NCBI GenBank assembly: GCA_030744625.1 | Contig: JASLQF010000008.1 | Coordinates: 5,168 to 69,167 of the forward strand | Direction of reading: 5' to 3' | Length of the DNA: 64,000 nt | Origin: Rhodospirillales bacterium | Lineage (GTDB): Bacteria; Pseudomonadota; Alphaproteobacteria; Rhodospirillales; JASLQF01 | Shown: piece after piece, positions 1 through 13,379 of the stretch | How the letters are laid out: each line of letters starts with the position of its first letter | Position numbering within the stretch: position 1 is the stretch's first letter | Program-made: the position numbers and the translations under genes | Notes under the pieces: generated by a model | Seen by the model: the letters and a program-made list of their open reading frames with translations, nothing else | The model's database searches: none | What the model was told of the DNA's origin: nothing

Positions 1-1247
1 ATGGCGATCAGGAACCACGGGTGTTGGAACTGAAGGCCCCAGCCGACGGCGGCCCCCGCCGACTTGAGCGCCACCAGGGCCGTCGCCAGCACCATGAAGG
101 AAAAGACGATTCCCGCCGTGGTGGCCAGGAAACCGAGCCGCACGGTGCGCGCCTCACCCCCGCCGTGGCCGATGACGCCGAGGACCTTGATGGAGAGGAC
201 GGGCAGGACGCAGGGCATGAGATTGAGGATGAGCCCGCCAAGAAGGGCGAGGCCGAGAATCAGCACCAGTTCCGTTCCACCGGCCTCCGACCCGGCGGCC
301 TCGGCGCGCGCCGCGCCGCCATCGCCACTACCGCCAAGGCCACCAAGGCCACCATTTGTAGCAGCCGCCACCGTCAGGGTGCGTTCGGCGGCGCGCGCGC
401 CGTCGGTCAGGGTCAGGGTGAGCGCCGCCCCGGCCAGCGGGCGTCCGAAATCGGCGATGCCTTCAACCGATACCTCGATGACCGCCTTCCCGCCGCCTTC
501 GCCGAGACGGACCCGGGGCGGCGAGAACCAGAGCTCGGCGGGGCCCTCGACGAAAAGATCGGGCTCGCGCAGCGGTATCGCCGAGGCGGCGGTGACCCGA
601 AGCACGGTGCCGTTGCCGACTTGGCCGGCCTCGGCGCTCTCGATGGCCATGCCGTGACCCTCGCCGGAACCCGGAATGCGGACGGAGAAGCGGTTGATCA
701 GGTGGGCCTCGGCACTGGGCCGTGCCGCCCCGGCCGGCAGGTCGAGGGCGAGGTCCGCCTCATAGGGGATGCAGATGTTGCTGCACGCCAGGTACTCGAC
801 GCGGGCGCGCAAGGAGAGGGGGGAACCGGGCTCGCGCACCTCCGCCGTGACCGGCAGCACCACCTCGCCGGTGTAGCCCAGGGTCTCGAAGCCGAGGATG
901 GAAAAGCGCTCGGGAATAGGCCAGCCGACGCTGGCCGAGGCCAGATTGTCCGACCCGGACCAATCGGCGCGCGGCGGTAATCCGGCGTCACCGGGCGAAC
1001 GCCAGTACACCTTCCAACCCTTCTTCAGGCGGAAGTGCAGGCCGAGGACGACGGTGTCGCCATCGCCGACGGCTTGGCTGGCGGAAACCAGGCGCAGCGC
1101 CGTTTGTTCGGTCTCGGCCCAGGGCGAGGCGGCGGCCCGAACCCCGTCCGGCCACAATCCCGCCAACAGCGCCAGCGCCACGAACAGGGCCGATGGCGCT
1201 TGCGCGCGCCGCTGCCAACGCCCCATGTCCGGCTTCGTCAAACGCAT
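1..1247 (-). CDS. DsbD/ScsB-family thiol:disulfide interchange protein, N-terminal part only (gene runs off the left edge)
   Basis: Absent from the ORF track because no stop lies in the window. My reverse-strand translation from ATG 1247 (alt. 1226) gives a signal peptide, a DsbD N-terminal domain (YLACSNICIPYE) and the start of the membrane core (GGLILNLMPCVLPVLSIKVLG). Confidence 0.8.
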   Translation of the reverse strand, partial: MRLTKPDMGRWQRRAQAPSALFVALALLAGLWPDGVRAAASPWAETEQTALRLVSASQAVGDGDTVVLGLHFRLKKGWKVYWRSPGDAGLPPRADWSGSDNLASASVGWPIPERFSILGFETLGYTGEVVLPVTAEVREPGSPLSLRARVEYLACSNICIPYEADLALDLPAGAARPSAEAHLINRFSVRIPGSGEGHGMAIESAEAGQVGNGTVLRVTAASAIPLREPDLFVEGPAELWFSPPRVRLGEGGGKAVIEVSVEGIADFGRPLAGAALTLTLTDGARAAERTLTVAAATNGGLGGLGGSGDGGAARAEAAGSEAGGTELVLILGLALLGGLILNLMPCVLPVLSIKVLGVIGHGGGEARTVRLGFLATTAGIVFSFMVLATALVALKSAGAAVGWGLQFQHPWFLIA

Positions 1248-1458
1248 GCGATTTCCAAATTGTGCCGTGGTGGCCGTAACCGCCGAATGCGGCGGATCAT
1301 AGCGTCCTTTCGCCGGCGATTCGCCAAAAGTTGAGGCGCCTCACGAACACTTTACCTTTTGCCGGTTACCTCCATGTGCCAGAATGGATAGGTTATGGAC
1401 AGGTTCGCGAACCGCCCCGGCCATCCATAGGGCCGGCGGCAAGTTAAATGTGTCTGGC

Positions 1459-2043
1459 ATGACCGATGTTCAAGATTTTGACGGCGCGGAAGCGTACCTG
1501 ACAGGGCATATGCTGATCGCCATGCCGGGCATGCAGGACCCGCGCTTCGACAAGTCGTTGATCTACATGTGCGCCCATAGCCCCGAGGGAGCGATGGGGC
1601 TGGTCGTCAATCGGGCGTTGGAGTCGCTCACCTTCCCCGATCTCCTCGAGCAGCTCGAAATCGATTGCACCGCCGGCGACGAGCGCATCAACGTGCATTT
1701 CGGCGGGCCCGTCGAATCGGGGCGCGGATTCGTCCTCCATTCGGCGGACTACGTGCAGGAAGCCACCCTGGTGGTGGACAGCGAAGTCGCGCTCACCGCG
1801 ACCCTGGACATCCTCAGGGCGATGGCCGCCGGAGACGGCCCGCGCCAGAGCCTGCTGGCGCTCGGCTACGCGGGCTGGGGGCCGGGCCAACTGGATAGCG
1901 AGATCAAGGCCAATGGCTGGTTGCACGTGGCGCCCGATACCGACCTTCTTTTCGGTGCCGATCTCGACGGCAAATGGGAGCGTGCCATCCGCAAGATCGG
2001 CATCGACCCGAGGATGCTGTCCGAGGACGCCGGCCACGCGTGA
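1459..2043 (+). CDS. YqgE/AlgH family protein (UPF0301)
   Basis: ORF 1384..2043; family-typical GHMLIAMPGMQDPRFDKSLIYMCAHSPEGAMGLVVNR. ATG at 1459 is the more likely start. Confidence 0.88.
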   Translation: MTDVQDFDGAEAYLTGHMLIAMPGMQDPRFDKSLIYMCAHSPEGAMGLVVNRALESLTFPDLLEQLEIDCTAGDERINVHFGGPVESGRGFVLHSADYVQEATLVVDSEVALTATLDILRAMAAGDGPRQSLLALGYAGWGPGQLDSEIKANGWLHVAPDTDLLFGADLDGKWERAIRKIGIDPRMLSEDAGHA

Positions 2044-2050
2044 GAAGAAG

Positions 2051-2078
2051 CGGTGAGCGGTCAGCGGTCAGCGGTCAG
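2051..2078. repeat. Tandem heptamer CGGT(G/C)AG x4 in the convergent intergenic spacer
   Basis: Read directly: cggtgag cggtcag cggtcag cggtcag, just after the yqgE-like stop. Confidence 0.9.
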
Positions 2079-2117
2079 CGTAGATAAAGGCTTGCTGGCT
2101 GATAGCTGAACGCTCTC

Positions 2118-3401
2118 TTATCCCACCCGCGCCGCGAAGGAATCGAAACCCTCCACCCCGGCGATGGGGCCCAGGGCGGCGAGGACGGGCTTGCCGGCGG
2201 TCATGCGCCGCGCCGTCGCGGCGACGGCGGCGGCGTCAACGGCCTCGATCTTGGCGACGGTTTCGGCCACCGGGATGGGCCGGCCAAAGACCATCATCTG
2301 GCGGGCCAACTGCTCGCAGCGCGCCGACGTGCTTTCCAGGGACATCAGAATCGACGACTTGATCTGGGCGCGGGCGCGCGCCAGCTCGTCCTCGCCGACG
2401 CCGTCCCTGACCTTGAGGATCTCGTCGGCGACCACGGGGATGAGCTCGTCGGTCTCCCGCTCGCCGGTGCCCGCGTAGATGCCGAACAGTCCGCCGTCCC
2501 GGTAACACGAGAGGAAGGAATAGACGCTGTAGGCGAGGCCCCGTTTCTCGCGCACCTCCTGGAACAGGCGCGACGACATGCCGCCGCCCAAAATGGTCGA
2601 CAGCACCGAGGCGGCATGGAAATCTGAGTCCTCGTAAGACACCCCCTCGAAGCCCAGGACAACGTGGGCCTGTTCGAGGTCGCGGTTCTCGCGAAAATCT
2701 CCACCTGCGTAGCGGGTGGGCTCGGCCGCCGGCGCGGCGCCGGACGAAAGCCCCGAGAAGGCGTCGGCGGCGAGGGCGGCGAGGGTCTCGTGCTCGATGC
2801 GCCCGGCGCCGACCAGGATCATGCTGCCGGCGCCATAGTGCCGGCCCATGTAGTCGATGATCACGTCGCGTTCCATGGCGCCGACCAGCTCGGCGGTGCC
2901 GAGAACGGGGCGGCCCATGGGCTGGTCGGGATAGGCGGTTTCCTGGAAGTGGTCGAAGACGACGTCGTCGGGGGTGTCGAGGGCCTGGTTGATTTCCTGG
3001 ATGATCACCGAGCGCTCGCGTTCCAGCTCCTCGGCTTCCATCACCGAGTCCTGGAGGATGTCGGCGATGATGTCGACGGCAAGTGCCGTGTCCTCTTTCA
3101 GGACCTTGGCAAAATAGGCGGTGCTCTCGCGCGACGTGTAGGCGTTGAGATGGCCGCCCACGTCCTCGATCTCGGCGGCGATTTCGAGGGCGCTGCGCCG
3201 CCCGGTGCCCTTGAAGGCCATGTGCTCCAACAGATGCGAGACGCCGTTGATCTCGGGGTGCTCGTGGCGGGTCCCCGCTTCCACCCAGACGCCGACCGAT
3301 ACCGTCTCCACCGTCGCCATGGGGTCGGAGACCACCCTCAAGCCGTTGTCCAGGGTCGATACCCGTACATTGCGCCCATTGTCACCGTCGCCGCCGTTCA
3401 C
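2118..3401 (-). CDS. M16 family zinc peptidase (pitrilysin/processing-peptidase-like)
   Basis: 427 aa with the inverted zinc motif HLLEHMAFKGT; 4-bp overlap with upstream thrC. Confidence 0.9.
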   Translation of the reverse strand: MNGGDGDNGRNVRVSTLDNGLRVVSDPMATVETVSVGVWVEAGTRHEHPEINGVSHLLEHMAFKGTGRRSALEIAAEIEDVGGHLNAYTSRESTAYFAKVLKEDTALAVDIIADILQDSVMEAEELERERSVIIQEINQALDTPDDVVFDHFQETAYPDQPMGRPVLGTAELVGAMERDVIIDYMGRHYGAGSMILVGAGRIEHETLAALAADAFSGLSSGAAPAAEPTRYAGGDFRENRDLEQAHVVLGFEGVSYEDSDFHAASVLSTILGGGMSSRLFQEVREKRGLAYSVYSFLSCYRDGGLFGIYAGTGERETDELIPVVADEILKVRDGVGEDELARARAQIKSSILMSLESTSARCEQLARQMMVFGRPIPVAETVAKIEAVDAAAVAATARRMTAGKPVLAALGPIAGVEGFDSFAARVG

Positions 3402-4813
3402 GCCGCCCTCCTTTCAGCCATGCGCCGCGCCACGAAGTCGCCGACGGCGCCGAGGTCGTTGGGCAGCACCTCGCACCGTTCAGGGCGCCCTTGCAGGTCG
3501 GCCAGGCGCGGCGGCAGGGCGGGGCGGGCGCCGGTTGCCGCCTCCACGGCGTCGGGAAACTTCGCCGGGTGCGCGGTGGCGATGCACACCAGCGCCGCGC
3601 CGCCAAAGCCTTCGTCGCCGCGGCAGGCCTCGCCGGCGGCGATGCCGACGGCGGTATGGGGATCGACGACAACGCCCGTCGTCTCGTGAATTCGGCGCAT
3701 GGCGGCCGTGGTGCCCGCGTCGTCGAGGCGGTGGCCGGCGAAGACCTTGCGGATGCGCCGCCAGCGCGCCTTGCCGAAATCGGCGCGGCCGTCGCAGCGC
3801 AAGCGCTCCATAGCCCTGACGAGGGCGGCGCCCTTGCCCCCGTAAACGTCGAAGAGCAGGCGTTCGAAGTTGCTGGCGATCTGGATGTCCATGGCCGGGC
3901 TCAGGGTCGCCGCCACCGGCCGCGTCTCCATGGCGCCGCTTTCCATGAAACGCGTCAGGATGTCGTTGGCGTTGGAGCCGATGGCGAGGCGCCTCACGCC
4001 CAACCCCATCTTGCGCGCCGCGTAAGCCGCGTAGACGTTGCCGAAGTTGCCGGTGGGCACGGCGAAGGCAAGACGCCGGTCGGGCGCGCCGAGGGCCACG
4101 GCGGCGGCGAAGTAATAGACCGTTTGCGCCATGATGCGCGCCCAGTTGATGGAATTCACCGCCGAGAAGTTGTAACGGCGGCTGAGGGCGGCGTCGTTGA
4201 ACATGGCCTTGGCCAGGTCCTGGCAGTCGTCGAAGGTGCCCTCGATGGCGGCGTTGTGGACGTTATCCGAGAGCACGGTGGTCATCTGGCGGCGCTGCAC
4301 CTCGGAGATGCGGTCCTTGGGGTGCAGCATGAAGATGTCGATGGCCTCGCGGTCGCGGCAGGCCTCGATGGCCGCCGAGCCGGTGTCGCCGGAGGTGGCG
4401 CCGATGATGGTCACGCGCTGGCCGCGGCGCGCCAGCACGTGATCGAAGAGGCGCCCGACGAGCTGCAGGGCGTAGTCCTTGAACGACAGGGTCGGCCCCT
4501 GGAAGAGCTCGAGCAGCCAGGTGTCGGCGCCGAGCTGGACGAGCGGCGCCACCGCCGGATGGTCGAAGGCGGCGTAGGCATCATCGACCATGGTCGCGAA
4601 ATCGTCGTCACCCACGCACCCGCCGAGGAAAGGGGTCATGACGCGCCGCGCCAGCTCGGCGTAGGGGAGCCCGCGCAAGCCCCGGATGTCGGCGCGCGAG
4701 AAGCGCGGCCACGCCTCTGGCACGTAGAGGCCGCCGTCGGAGGCCAGGCCGGCGAGCAGCGCCTCGTCGAAGGGCAGTGCCGGTGCCTGGCCGCGGGTGC
4801 TGACGTAGTTCAC
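3398..4813 (-). CDS. thrC: Threonine synthase
   Basis: 471 aa; N-terminus MNYVSTRGQAPALPFDEALLAGLASDGGLYVPE and the PLP-lysine context SFKDYALQ. Confidence 0.95.
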   Translation of the reverse strand: MNYVSTRGQAPALPFDEALLAGLASDGGLYVPEAWPRFSRADIRGLRGLPYAELARRVMTPFLGGCVGDDDFATMVDDAYAAFDHPAVAPLVQLGADTWLLELFQGPTLSFKDYALQLVGRLFDHVLARRGQRVTIIGATSGDTGSAAIEACRDREAIDIFMLHPKDRISEVQRRQMTTVLSDNVHNAAIEGTFDDCQDLAKAMFNDAALSRRYNFSAVNSINWARIMAQTVYYFAAAVALGAPDRRLAFAVPTGNFGNVYAAYAARKMGLGVRRLAIGSNANDILTRFMESGAMETRPVAATLSPAMDIQIASNFERLLFDVYGGKGAALVRAMERLRCDGRADFGKARWRRIRKVFAGHRLDDAGTTAAMRRIHETTGVVVDPHTAVGIAAGEACRGDEGFGGAALVCIATAHPAKFPDAVEAATGARPALPPRLADLQGRPERCEVLPNDLGAVGDFVARRMAERRAA

Positions 4814-6024
4814 GGAATCATGTCCACTGACAGTCGGAAGGGCGGTAACCTATCACGACATCGCCGGCACGCAAGCGGACCATGATCAGGGGCGCCACGG
4901 AACTTTTAACGATGAGACGAAACGCGAGGCCGCACAACACGATGAAGGTCCCCGCCAAAGGAGGATCGGCTTGACTTTGTCGCGAAGCCGACGGCGCCGC
5001 CTCGTACTTTATGGCGTCCTCATTGTTTGCACCGAGCTGGCGGCACTGTTCTACGTGCGGCTCGCCGCCGGCTCCCCGGTGCCGCACCCGCCGCTTTATT
5101 CCCACGGTGCGTTCGCCGGCTTCGTGCTCGGGGTCCTGGTGTGGGGGTTCGAGCTGTACTTCCTGCGGAGCCGGTGGGGCGCACCCATCCGCCGCGCCCA
5201 CTTCCTGGTCGCCATGGTGGTCAAGGTGGTGATCCTGAGCGGCGTGGTCTTCGTCACGGTGCTCGTCGAACAGCAGGTGCTGCACGGCGGAGTGGGGGAG
5301 TTCCTGGCCCTGGATCAACCGTTCCTCAGGCTGTATCGCCTGTTTGGCTACGTTTTGTTCGTCGTCGTCGTGTTCAGCGCCGTCGTTTCGGTGGTGCGCA
5401 TCATCGGCGCTCGCGTTCTCGGCAACTTTATCCTCGGGCGCTATCACCGGCCGGTCAGTGAGGGGCGAATCTTCATGTTCCTCGACCTGGTGGGCTCGAC
5501 GGCGCTGACCGAGCGCCTCGGCGACATCGGCGTGCAGACCATGATCACCCGGTTCTTCTTCGATATCACCGAGCCAATTCTGGAATGGGGCGGCGAGATC
5601 CACCGTTACGTGGGCGACCAGGTGGTCGTCACCTGGCCCTTGCGTGACGGTGCTCCGAACGCGCAAAGCGTGCAATGCTATTTCGCCATCCTCGATCGCG
5701 TGCGCGAACGCGCCGCCGCCTACGCACGGGACTTCGGCACCACGCCCGAGTTCCGCGTCGGTCTACACGGCGGGCCGGTGGTGGTCAGCGAATGCGGCGA
5801 CGCCAAGCAGGAGATCGTCTACTTCGGGGACACCGTTAACACCGCTGCGCGCATCGAGCAGGAATGCAAGCGCCTGGACCGGCCTTTCCTGGTCTCCGGC
5901 CCGCTTCTCGAACGCATGTCCCTGCCGCCCGAGTACGCGGTAGAGAGCCTGGGCGCCATCCGGCTCAGGGGCCGCGGACAAGACATTGAATTGTTCGCCA
6001 TAGAGCGCCCGGGCGCGGTGCCGC

Positions 6025-7521
<1,497 letters not shown>

Positions 7522-7571
7522 GGGGTGTTGGGGCCAACCCTGCTCGATGGCGACCGTCGGGCCGCGGTGCC

Positions 7572-8489
7572 TCAGGCGTAGGATGGGAGGGCGGCGTCGA
7601 GGAGCAGGGCGGCGAACAGCAGGAACAGATAAAGGATGGAATACAGGAACATGCGCTTGGCCGTGGCCTCGGCATCGCCCTCGTCGCGCCACACGCGGAC
7701 GGCATGGAACACGAGCCCGGCGCCGAGTGCAACGGCGACGGCGCCGTAGGCCCATCCGGCATGGCCCAGAGCCAGTGGCGCCAGGCTCGCCGGCATCAGC
7801 AGCGCGGTGTAGATCAGCATCTGGCGCTTGGTGGCGGGCGCCCCGGCCACCACCGGCAGCATGGGTACCCCGGCCGCCTCGTAGTCGCCGCGGCGGAACA
7901 GCGCCAGGGCCCACGAATGGGGCGGCGTCCACAGGAAGATGATGGCGAAAAGGGCCACGCTTCCGGCGTCGATGCCGCCGGTCACCGCCGCCCACCCGAT
8001 CATCGGCGGAAAGGCCCCGGCGGCGCCGCCGATGACGATGTTCTGCGACGTGCGCCGTTTCAGCCACACCGTGTAGACGAACACGTAATAGAGGATGGTC
8101 ACGGCGAGGAGGGCGGCCGCCGCGACGTTCACCAGTGCCACCATGCACGCCACCGAGCCCACCGACAGCACCGTGCCGAAAATCAGGGCGGCGCGCGGTT
8201 GCAGGCGCCCCGCCGGCAGCGGCCGGTTGCGGGTGCGCGCCATCCACGCATCGATGTCGCGGTCGTACCACATGTTGATGGCACCCGACGCCCCCGCCCC
8301 TACCGCGATGAACAGCACGGCGAGCGTGGCGCGCCAGACCTCGATGGTGCCGGGCGCCACCGTCAGGCCGACGAAGGCGGTGAACACCACCAGCGACATT
8401 ACCCGCGGCTTCAAAAGCACCGCGTAGTCGGCCAGCCGGAAACGGGGCTCCCGCGCCTCGTCTGCCGTCAGGTCGACCGATTGTTCCAT
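7572..8489 (-). CDS. ctaB: Protoheme IX farnesyltransferase (heme O synthase)
   Basis: ORF 7572..8561; UbiA-type polytopic protein ([38 protein letters not shown]). Start at 8489 (MEQSVD) preferred. Confidence 0.9.
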   Translation of the reverse strand: MEQSVDLTADEAREPRFRLADYAVLLKPRVMSLVVFTAFVGLTVAPGTIEVWRATLAVLFIAVGAGASGAINMWYDRDIDAWMARTRNRPLPAGRLQPRAALIFGTVLSVGSVACMVALVNVAAAALLAVTILYYVFVYTVWLKRRTSQNIVIGGAAGAFPPMIGWAAVTGGIDAGSVALFAIIFLWTPPHSWALALFRRGDYEAAGVPMLPVVAGAPATKRQMLIYTALLMPASLAPLALGHAGWAYGAVAVALGAGLVFHAVRVWRDEGDAEATAKRMFLYSILYLFLLFAALLLDAALPSYA

Positions 8490-8595
8490 TTCCGGGGTCC
8501 GTGAAGTCACTCTCGCCAAACCTCGCCGCTCCCGTTGGTGCGCCAATTGCGCGCCGATCATACCGCCGACATGCTACACGCAAAGCCGGCGCCGT

Positions 8596-10038
8596 TCAGG
8601 CCTTTTCTTTTCCGGCCTCGCTTGTCTGTGGTTCCTGTGGTTCCTGTGGTTTGCGCAGGAGCGCCGCCGCCACCGTCCAGATGAACAGGACGCCGCCGAG
8701 CACGGCTAAGAGGGCGCCGACGCCGTTCAGGGCCATGCCGGCGATGGCGCCCACGTCGTCGAGCCCCTGGGCGGCGCCGGCGGTCTTGCGCGGCGCGCCG
8801 TATCCGCCCGCCCAAAAGAGGCCGAGAGCGGCGACGGTCTGCCCGCCGGCGAACAGCCAGACTTGTGCGTAAAGCAATTTCCCGCGCCGTGGCGGCCGCC
8901 CCAGAAGCGGCAGGAAGACCACGAAGAACAGACCCATGAACGCCAGATTGATGCCGGCGATGACGCCGTGGTAGTGGGCCGGCGTGCGGGTGTCGGCGCC
9001 ATCGACGAAAAGTCCCAGCACGCCACCCGTGGCGAATACCGCGAACGACAGAGCCAGGCACAGGAAAGCCGGGTCCTTCCAGGACGGCGCCGCGCCGGCC
9101 CGCCATCTCCGCGCGGCGCCGAGTCCGATGACCGCCGCCACCACCGCCGCCGGCGGGGCGAGGGCGTACTGAAGGTCCGTGAAGGCCTCGGCCTGGACGC
9201 CGGAAAAGGGCTCCAGGGTGAAGTACAGGAACGGCCCCGGCAGGGCGAAGAGCGCGATCCACGCCGCCGCCCCCGTGAGCGGCCATTCCCTCGCCGCCCT
9301 GCCGCCCGGGGCGGCGGCGAGGACCCACCAGGCCGCCACGAGGAGCCCCACGTTGACGAACTGCAGCACGTGGCCGCCGCCCCAGAACAAGTCCTCGTTG
9401 AAGGCGTGGGAGGGCGGGTCGTCGGCGAGCCGCCAATAGGCCAGCCCGAAACAGAGCAGCGCCACCAGATAGGCGAAGCCGCTTGCCGCGATGGCGTGGA
9501 CAAAGGGGTCCCAGGCGGCGCGGCGCCCCGCCAGGTTGACCAGGAGGCGCAGGACGGCCAGTGCCAGGGCCCCGGCCAGCGCCACCAGTCCGGCGTAATA
9601 GAGCGGGTCGACGATGGCCGGCACGTAGTCGTTGAGGGTGGGCTCGCCGCGGTCCAGGAAGGCCGGCGCGAACAACAGCACCGACGCCCCCACCGCCATC
9701 CAGACGGCGAGGATGCCCAAAGGCGCGAGACGCGGCGCGCCCCCGGCCAGGCGCGCCGTGGCGAGGTGCAGGAGCGCCCCGAACACGGCGAGGAACCAGA
9801 CGACGAAGGAAAACACAACGTGGATGACCAGGCCCTTGTGGAAGAAGGCGGCCGGCCATGAAACAACCTCGCCCAGTCCCGGCGTGCGCGACAGCGCCAG
9901 CAGGAGCGCGAAGACGCCGGCCACCGCCAGTGACGATATGGCCAGGGCCGACCATCCCCAAAGCTCCCGCCGGGCGGCGGCGGTGGAGACGGCGTCGGCG
10001 AAACCCGGTGGCGGCGGGGAGGGGTGCGTTTCAGGCAT
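8596..10038 (-). CDS. Divergent heme-copper-oxidase subunit I-like polytopic membrane protein (function unknown)
   Basis: 480 aa, about 12 hydrophobic segments. DLFWGGGHVLQF resembles the helix [13 protein letters not shown] motif and TPAHYHGVIAG resembles the helix X HxH motif. Start overlaps the DUF420 stop by 8 bp. Confidence 0.6.
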   Translation of the reverse strand: MPETHPSPPPPGFADAVSTAAARRELWGWSALAISSLAVAGVFALLLALSRTPGLGEVVSWPAAFFHKGLVIHVVFSFVVWFLAVFGALLHLATARLAGGAPRLAPLGILAVWMAVGASVLLFAPAFLDRGEPTLNDYVPAIVDPLYYAGLVALAGALALAVLRLLVNLAGRRAAWDPFVHAIAASGFAYLVALLCFGLAYWRLADDPPSHAFNEDLFWGGGHVLQFVNVGLLVAAWWVLAAAPGGRAAREWPLTGAAAWIALFALPGPFLYFTLEPFSGVQAEAFTDLQYALAPPAAVVAAVIGLGAARRWRAGAAPSWKDPAFLCLALSFAVFATGGVLGLFVDGADTRTPAHYHGVIAGINLAFMGLFFVVFLPLLGRPPRRGKLLYAQVWLFAGGQTVAALGLFWAGGYGAPRKTAGAAQGLDDVGAIAGMALNGVGALLAVLGGVLFIWTVAAALLRKPQEPQEPQTSEAGKEKA

Positions 10039-10456
10039 GGGGATAAATATGCACCGCCATTACGTAGACGACGACGCCGGAGACGCCCACGTAAACCCAC
10101 AGCGGCCACGTCCACCTGGCGATGCTCCGGTGGTGCGCAAGCCGCCCCTTGAACGCCCGCAAGACGGTGAGTGGGACCAGCGGCACGATGGCGATGGCGC
10201 CCAGGATGTGGAGGATGAGAATGGAGAAATAAACGGGGCGAACCAGTCCCTCGCCGCCGAACTTGGCGAAGCCCGAGTTGGCCTTATAGATCAGATAGAC
10301 GACGAGGAAGGCGGCGGAGACCGCCAGCGCGGCGATCATGCACGCCCGATGGTGGCGCCATCGGCCCTGGCGGATGAAATGGTAGCCGGCGCCGAGAAGG
10401 ACGACGCTGAGGCTGTTGAACGCCGCGATGACGTGTGGCAGGTCGTTGATTTCCAT
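10031..10456 (-). CDS. DUF420 (CtaM-like) membrane protein
   Basis: Last 141 aa of ORF 10031..10681, from MEINDLPHVIAAFN; four hydrophobic segments and an HHR motif typical of DUF420. Confidence 0.8.
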   Translation of the reverse strand: MEINDLPHVIAAFNSLSVVLLGAGYHFIRQGRWRHHRACMIAALAVSAAFLVVYLIYKANSGFAKFGGEGLVRPVYFSILILHILGAIAIVPLVPLTVLRAFKGRLAHHRSIARWTWPLWVYVGVSGVVVYVMAVHIYPHA

Positions 10457-10473
10457 CGTTCGGCAATGAGGTG

Positions 10474-10557
10474 CTAGCCCGACATCTTGAGAAAGATGGC
10501 GGCGTACATGAAGAGGGCGAAGCACGCGAGAATAAGCGCCAGTACCCAGTTTTTCAT
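10474..10557 (-). CDS. Possible 27-aa single-TM micropeptide
   Basis: MKNWVLALILACFALFMYAAIFLKMSG, at the end of ORF 10474..10722 and 17 bp upstream of DUF420. No convincing RBS. Confidence 0.3.
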   Translation of the reverse strand: MKNWVLALILACFALFMYAAIFLKMSG

Positions 10558-10858
10558 CGATGGGGTTCCGGAATTGCGCCGCGCGGCAAGGAAACCGCGA
10601 CCCTCGTCCGCCGGCGAAAGGTGGCCGGCGGTGGGCCGCATCATCGCCATCGGCGCGCCGAAAATCAAGACTCGGCCCCACGGTGCCGGGCGGCGGTGTC
10701 CGGGAAGAACATTACAAATCATTGATTTTCAGTCGCAATTACCCAAATAAAACTTTGAAAGCACCTTATTCTCATGTTAGCAAGCGCGGGCCGGCATCGC
10801 CATCGCGCCGGGGAGAGCTTTCGGGGAGAGTTTTGGCGCATTTACTTTTCGAACAGCA

Positions 10859-11710
10859 TTGGATGGATCCATGTTGAAGAGACTTATGGTCTTGGCGCCG
10901 CTCGCGGCGCTGGGGGTCGTCACCGTGGGCGGAAGCGTTGTGGCGGGAATCGCGCGGCCTTGGCAGTTAGGCTTGCAGGAGCCCATGTCGCCGGTCATGG
11001 AAAAGGTGGACGGGTTCCACGACTTCCTGTTGGTGATCATCACGCTGATCGCGCTTTTCGTTCTGGCGCTGGTGCTTTACGTCGCCGTTCGCTTCAACGA
11101 GAAAGCGAACCCTGTTCCCTCGAAGACCACCCACAACTCGTTGCTCGAGGTGCTGTGGACGGTGATCCCGGTGATCATCCTGGTGGTCATCGCGGTGCCC
11201 TCGTTCAAGCTGCTCTATTACCAGGACCGCGTCGAGGAAGCGGACATGACGCTGAAGGTGATCGGCCACCAGTGGTACTGGTCCTACGAGTATCCGGACC
11301 ACGGGAACTTCGGCTTCGACAGCATCATGGTGCCCGACGACGAGCTGGAGGAAGGGCAGCCGCGGCTGCTGGCGACCGACAACAAGGTGGTGTTGCCCGT
11401 CGATACCAACATCCGCATTCTCTACACGTCGGAGGACGTCATCCACGCCTGGGCGATTCCGGCTCTGATCCAGAAGATGGACACGGTGCCCGGCCGCACC
11501 AACGAGAACTGGATGCGCATCAACAAGGAAGGCACGTACTACGGCCAGTGCTCCGAGCTGTGCGGCGTCAACCACGGTTTCATGCCCATCGTCGTCGAGG
11601 CGGTCTCCAAGGAAGCTTTCGCTGGATGGGTGAAGAAGGCGAAAGAGGAATTCGCGTCCTCCGAGGTGGAGCCGCTGAACATGGCGCACGCCGCCGGCGC
11701 CGCCCAATAA
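10859..11710 (+). CDS. ctaC: Cytochrome c oxidase subunit II (aa3 type)
   Basis: 283 aa; HQWYWSYEYPD and the CuA site CSELCGVNHGFMP. Confidence 0.95.
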   Translation: MDGSMLKRLMVLAPLAALGVVTVGGSVVAGIARPWQLGLQEPMSPVMEKVDGFHDFLLVIITLIALFVLALVLYVAVRFNEKANPVPSKTTHNSLLEVLWTVIPVIILVVIAVPSFKLLYYQDRVEEADMTLKVIGHQWYWSYEYPDHGNFGFDSIMVPDDELEEGQPRLLATDNKVVLPVDTNIRILYTSEDVIHAWAIPALIQKMDTVPGRTNENWMRINKEGTYYGQCSELCGVNHGFMPIVVEAVSKEAFAGWVKKAKEEFASSEVEPLNMAHAAGAAQ

Positions 11711-13351
<1,641 letters not shown>

Positions 13352-13379
13352 CCGGCGCGCTTTCCGGGAAAGGCGCCCC

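Noticed and set aside
8625-8651. A 9-bp tandem repeat tgtggttcc x2.7.
   Set aside because: It lies inside the 3' end of the subunit-I-like gene and simply encodes a QEPQEPQ tail. It is not an independent element.
8558-10115. Long overlapping ORFs (8558..9961, 8727..10115, 8863..9861) on both strands.
   Set aside because: These are typical high-GC shadow ORFs with low-complexity R/P/G/A composition. The frame 8596..10038 gives a coherent polytopic membrane protein.
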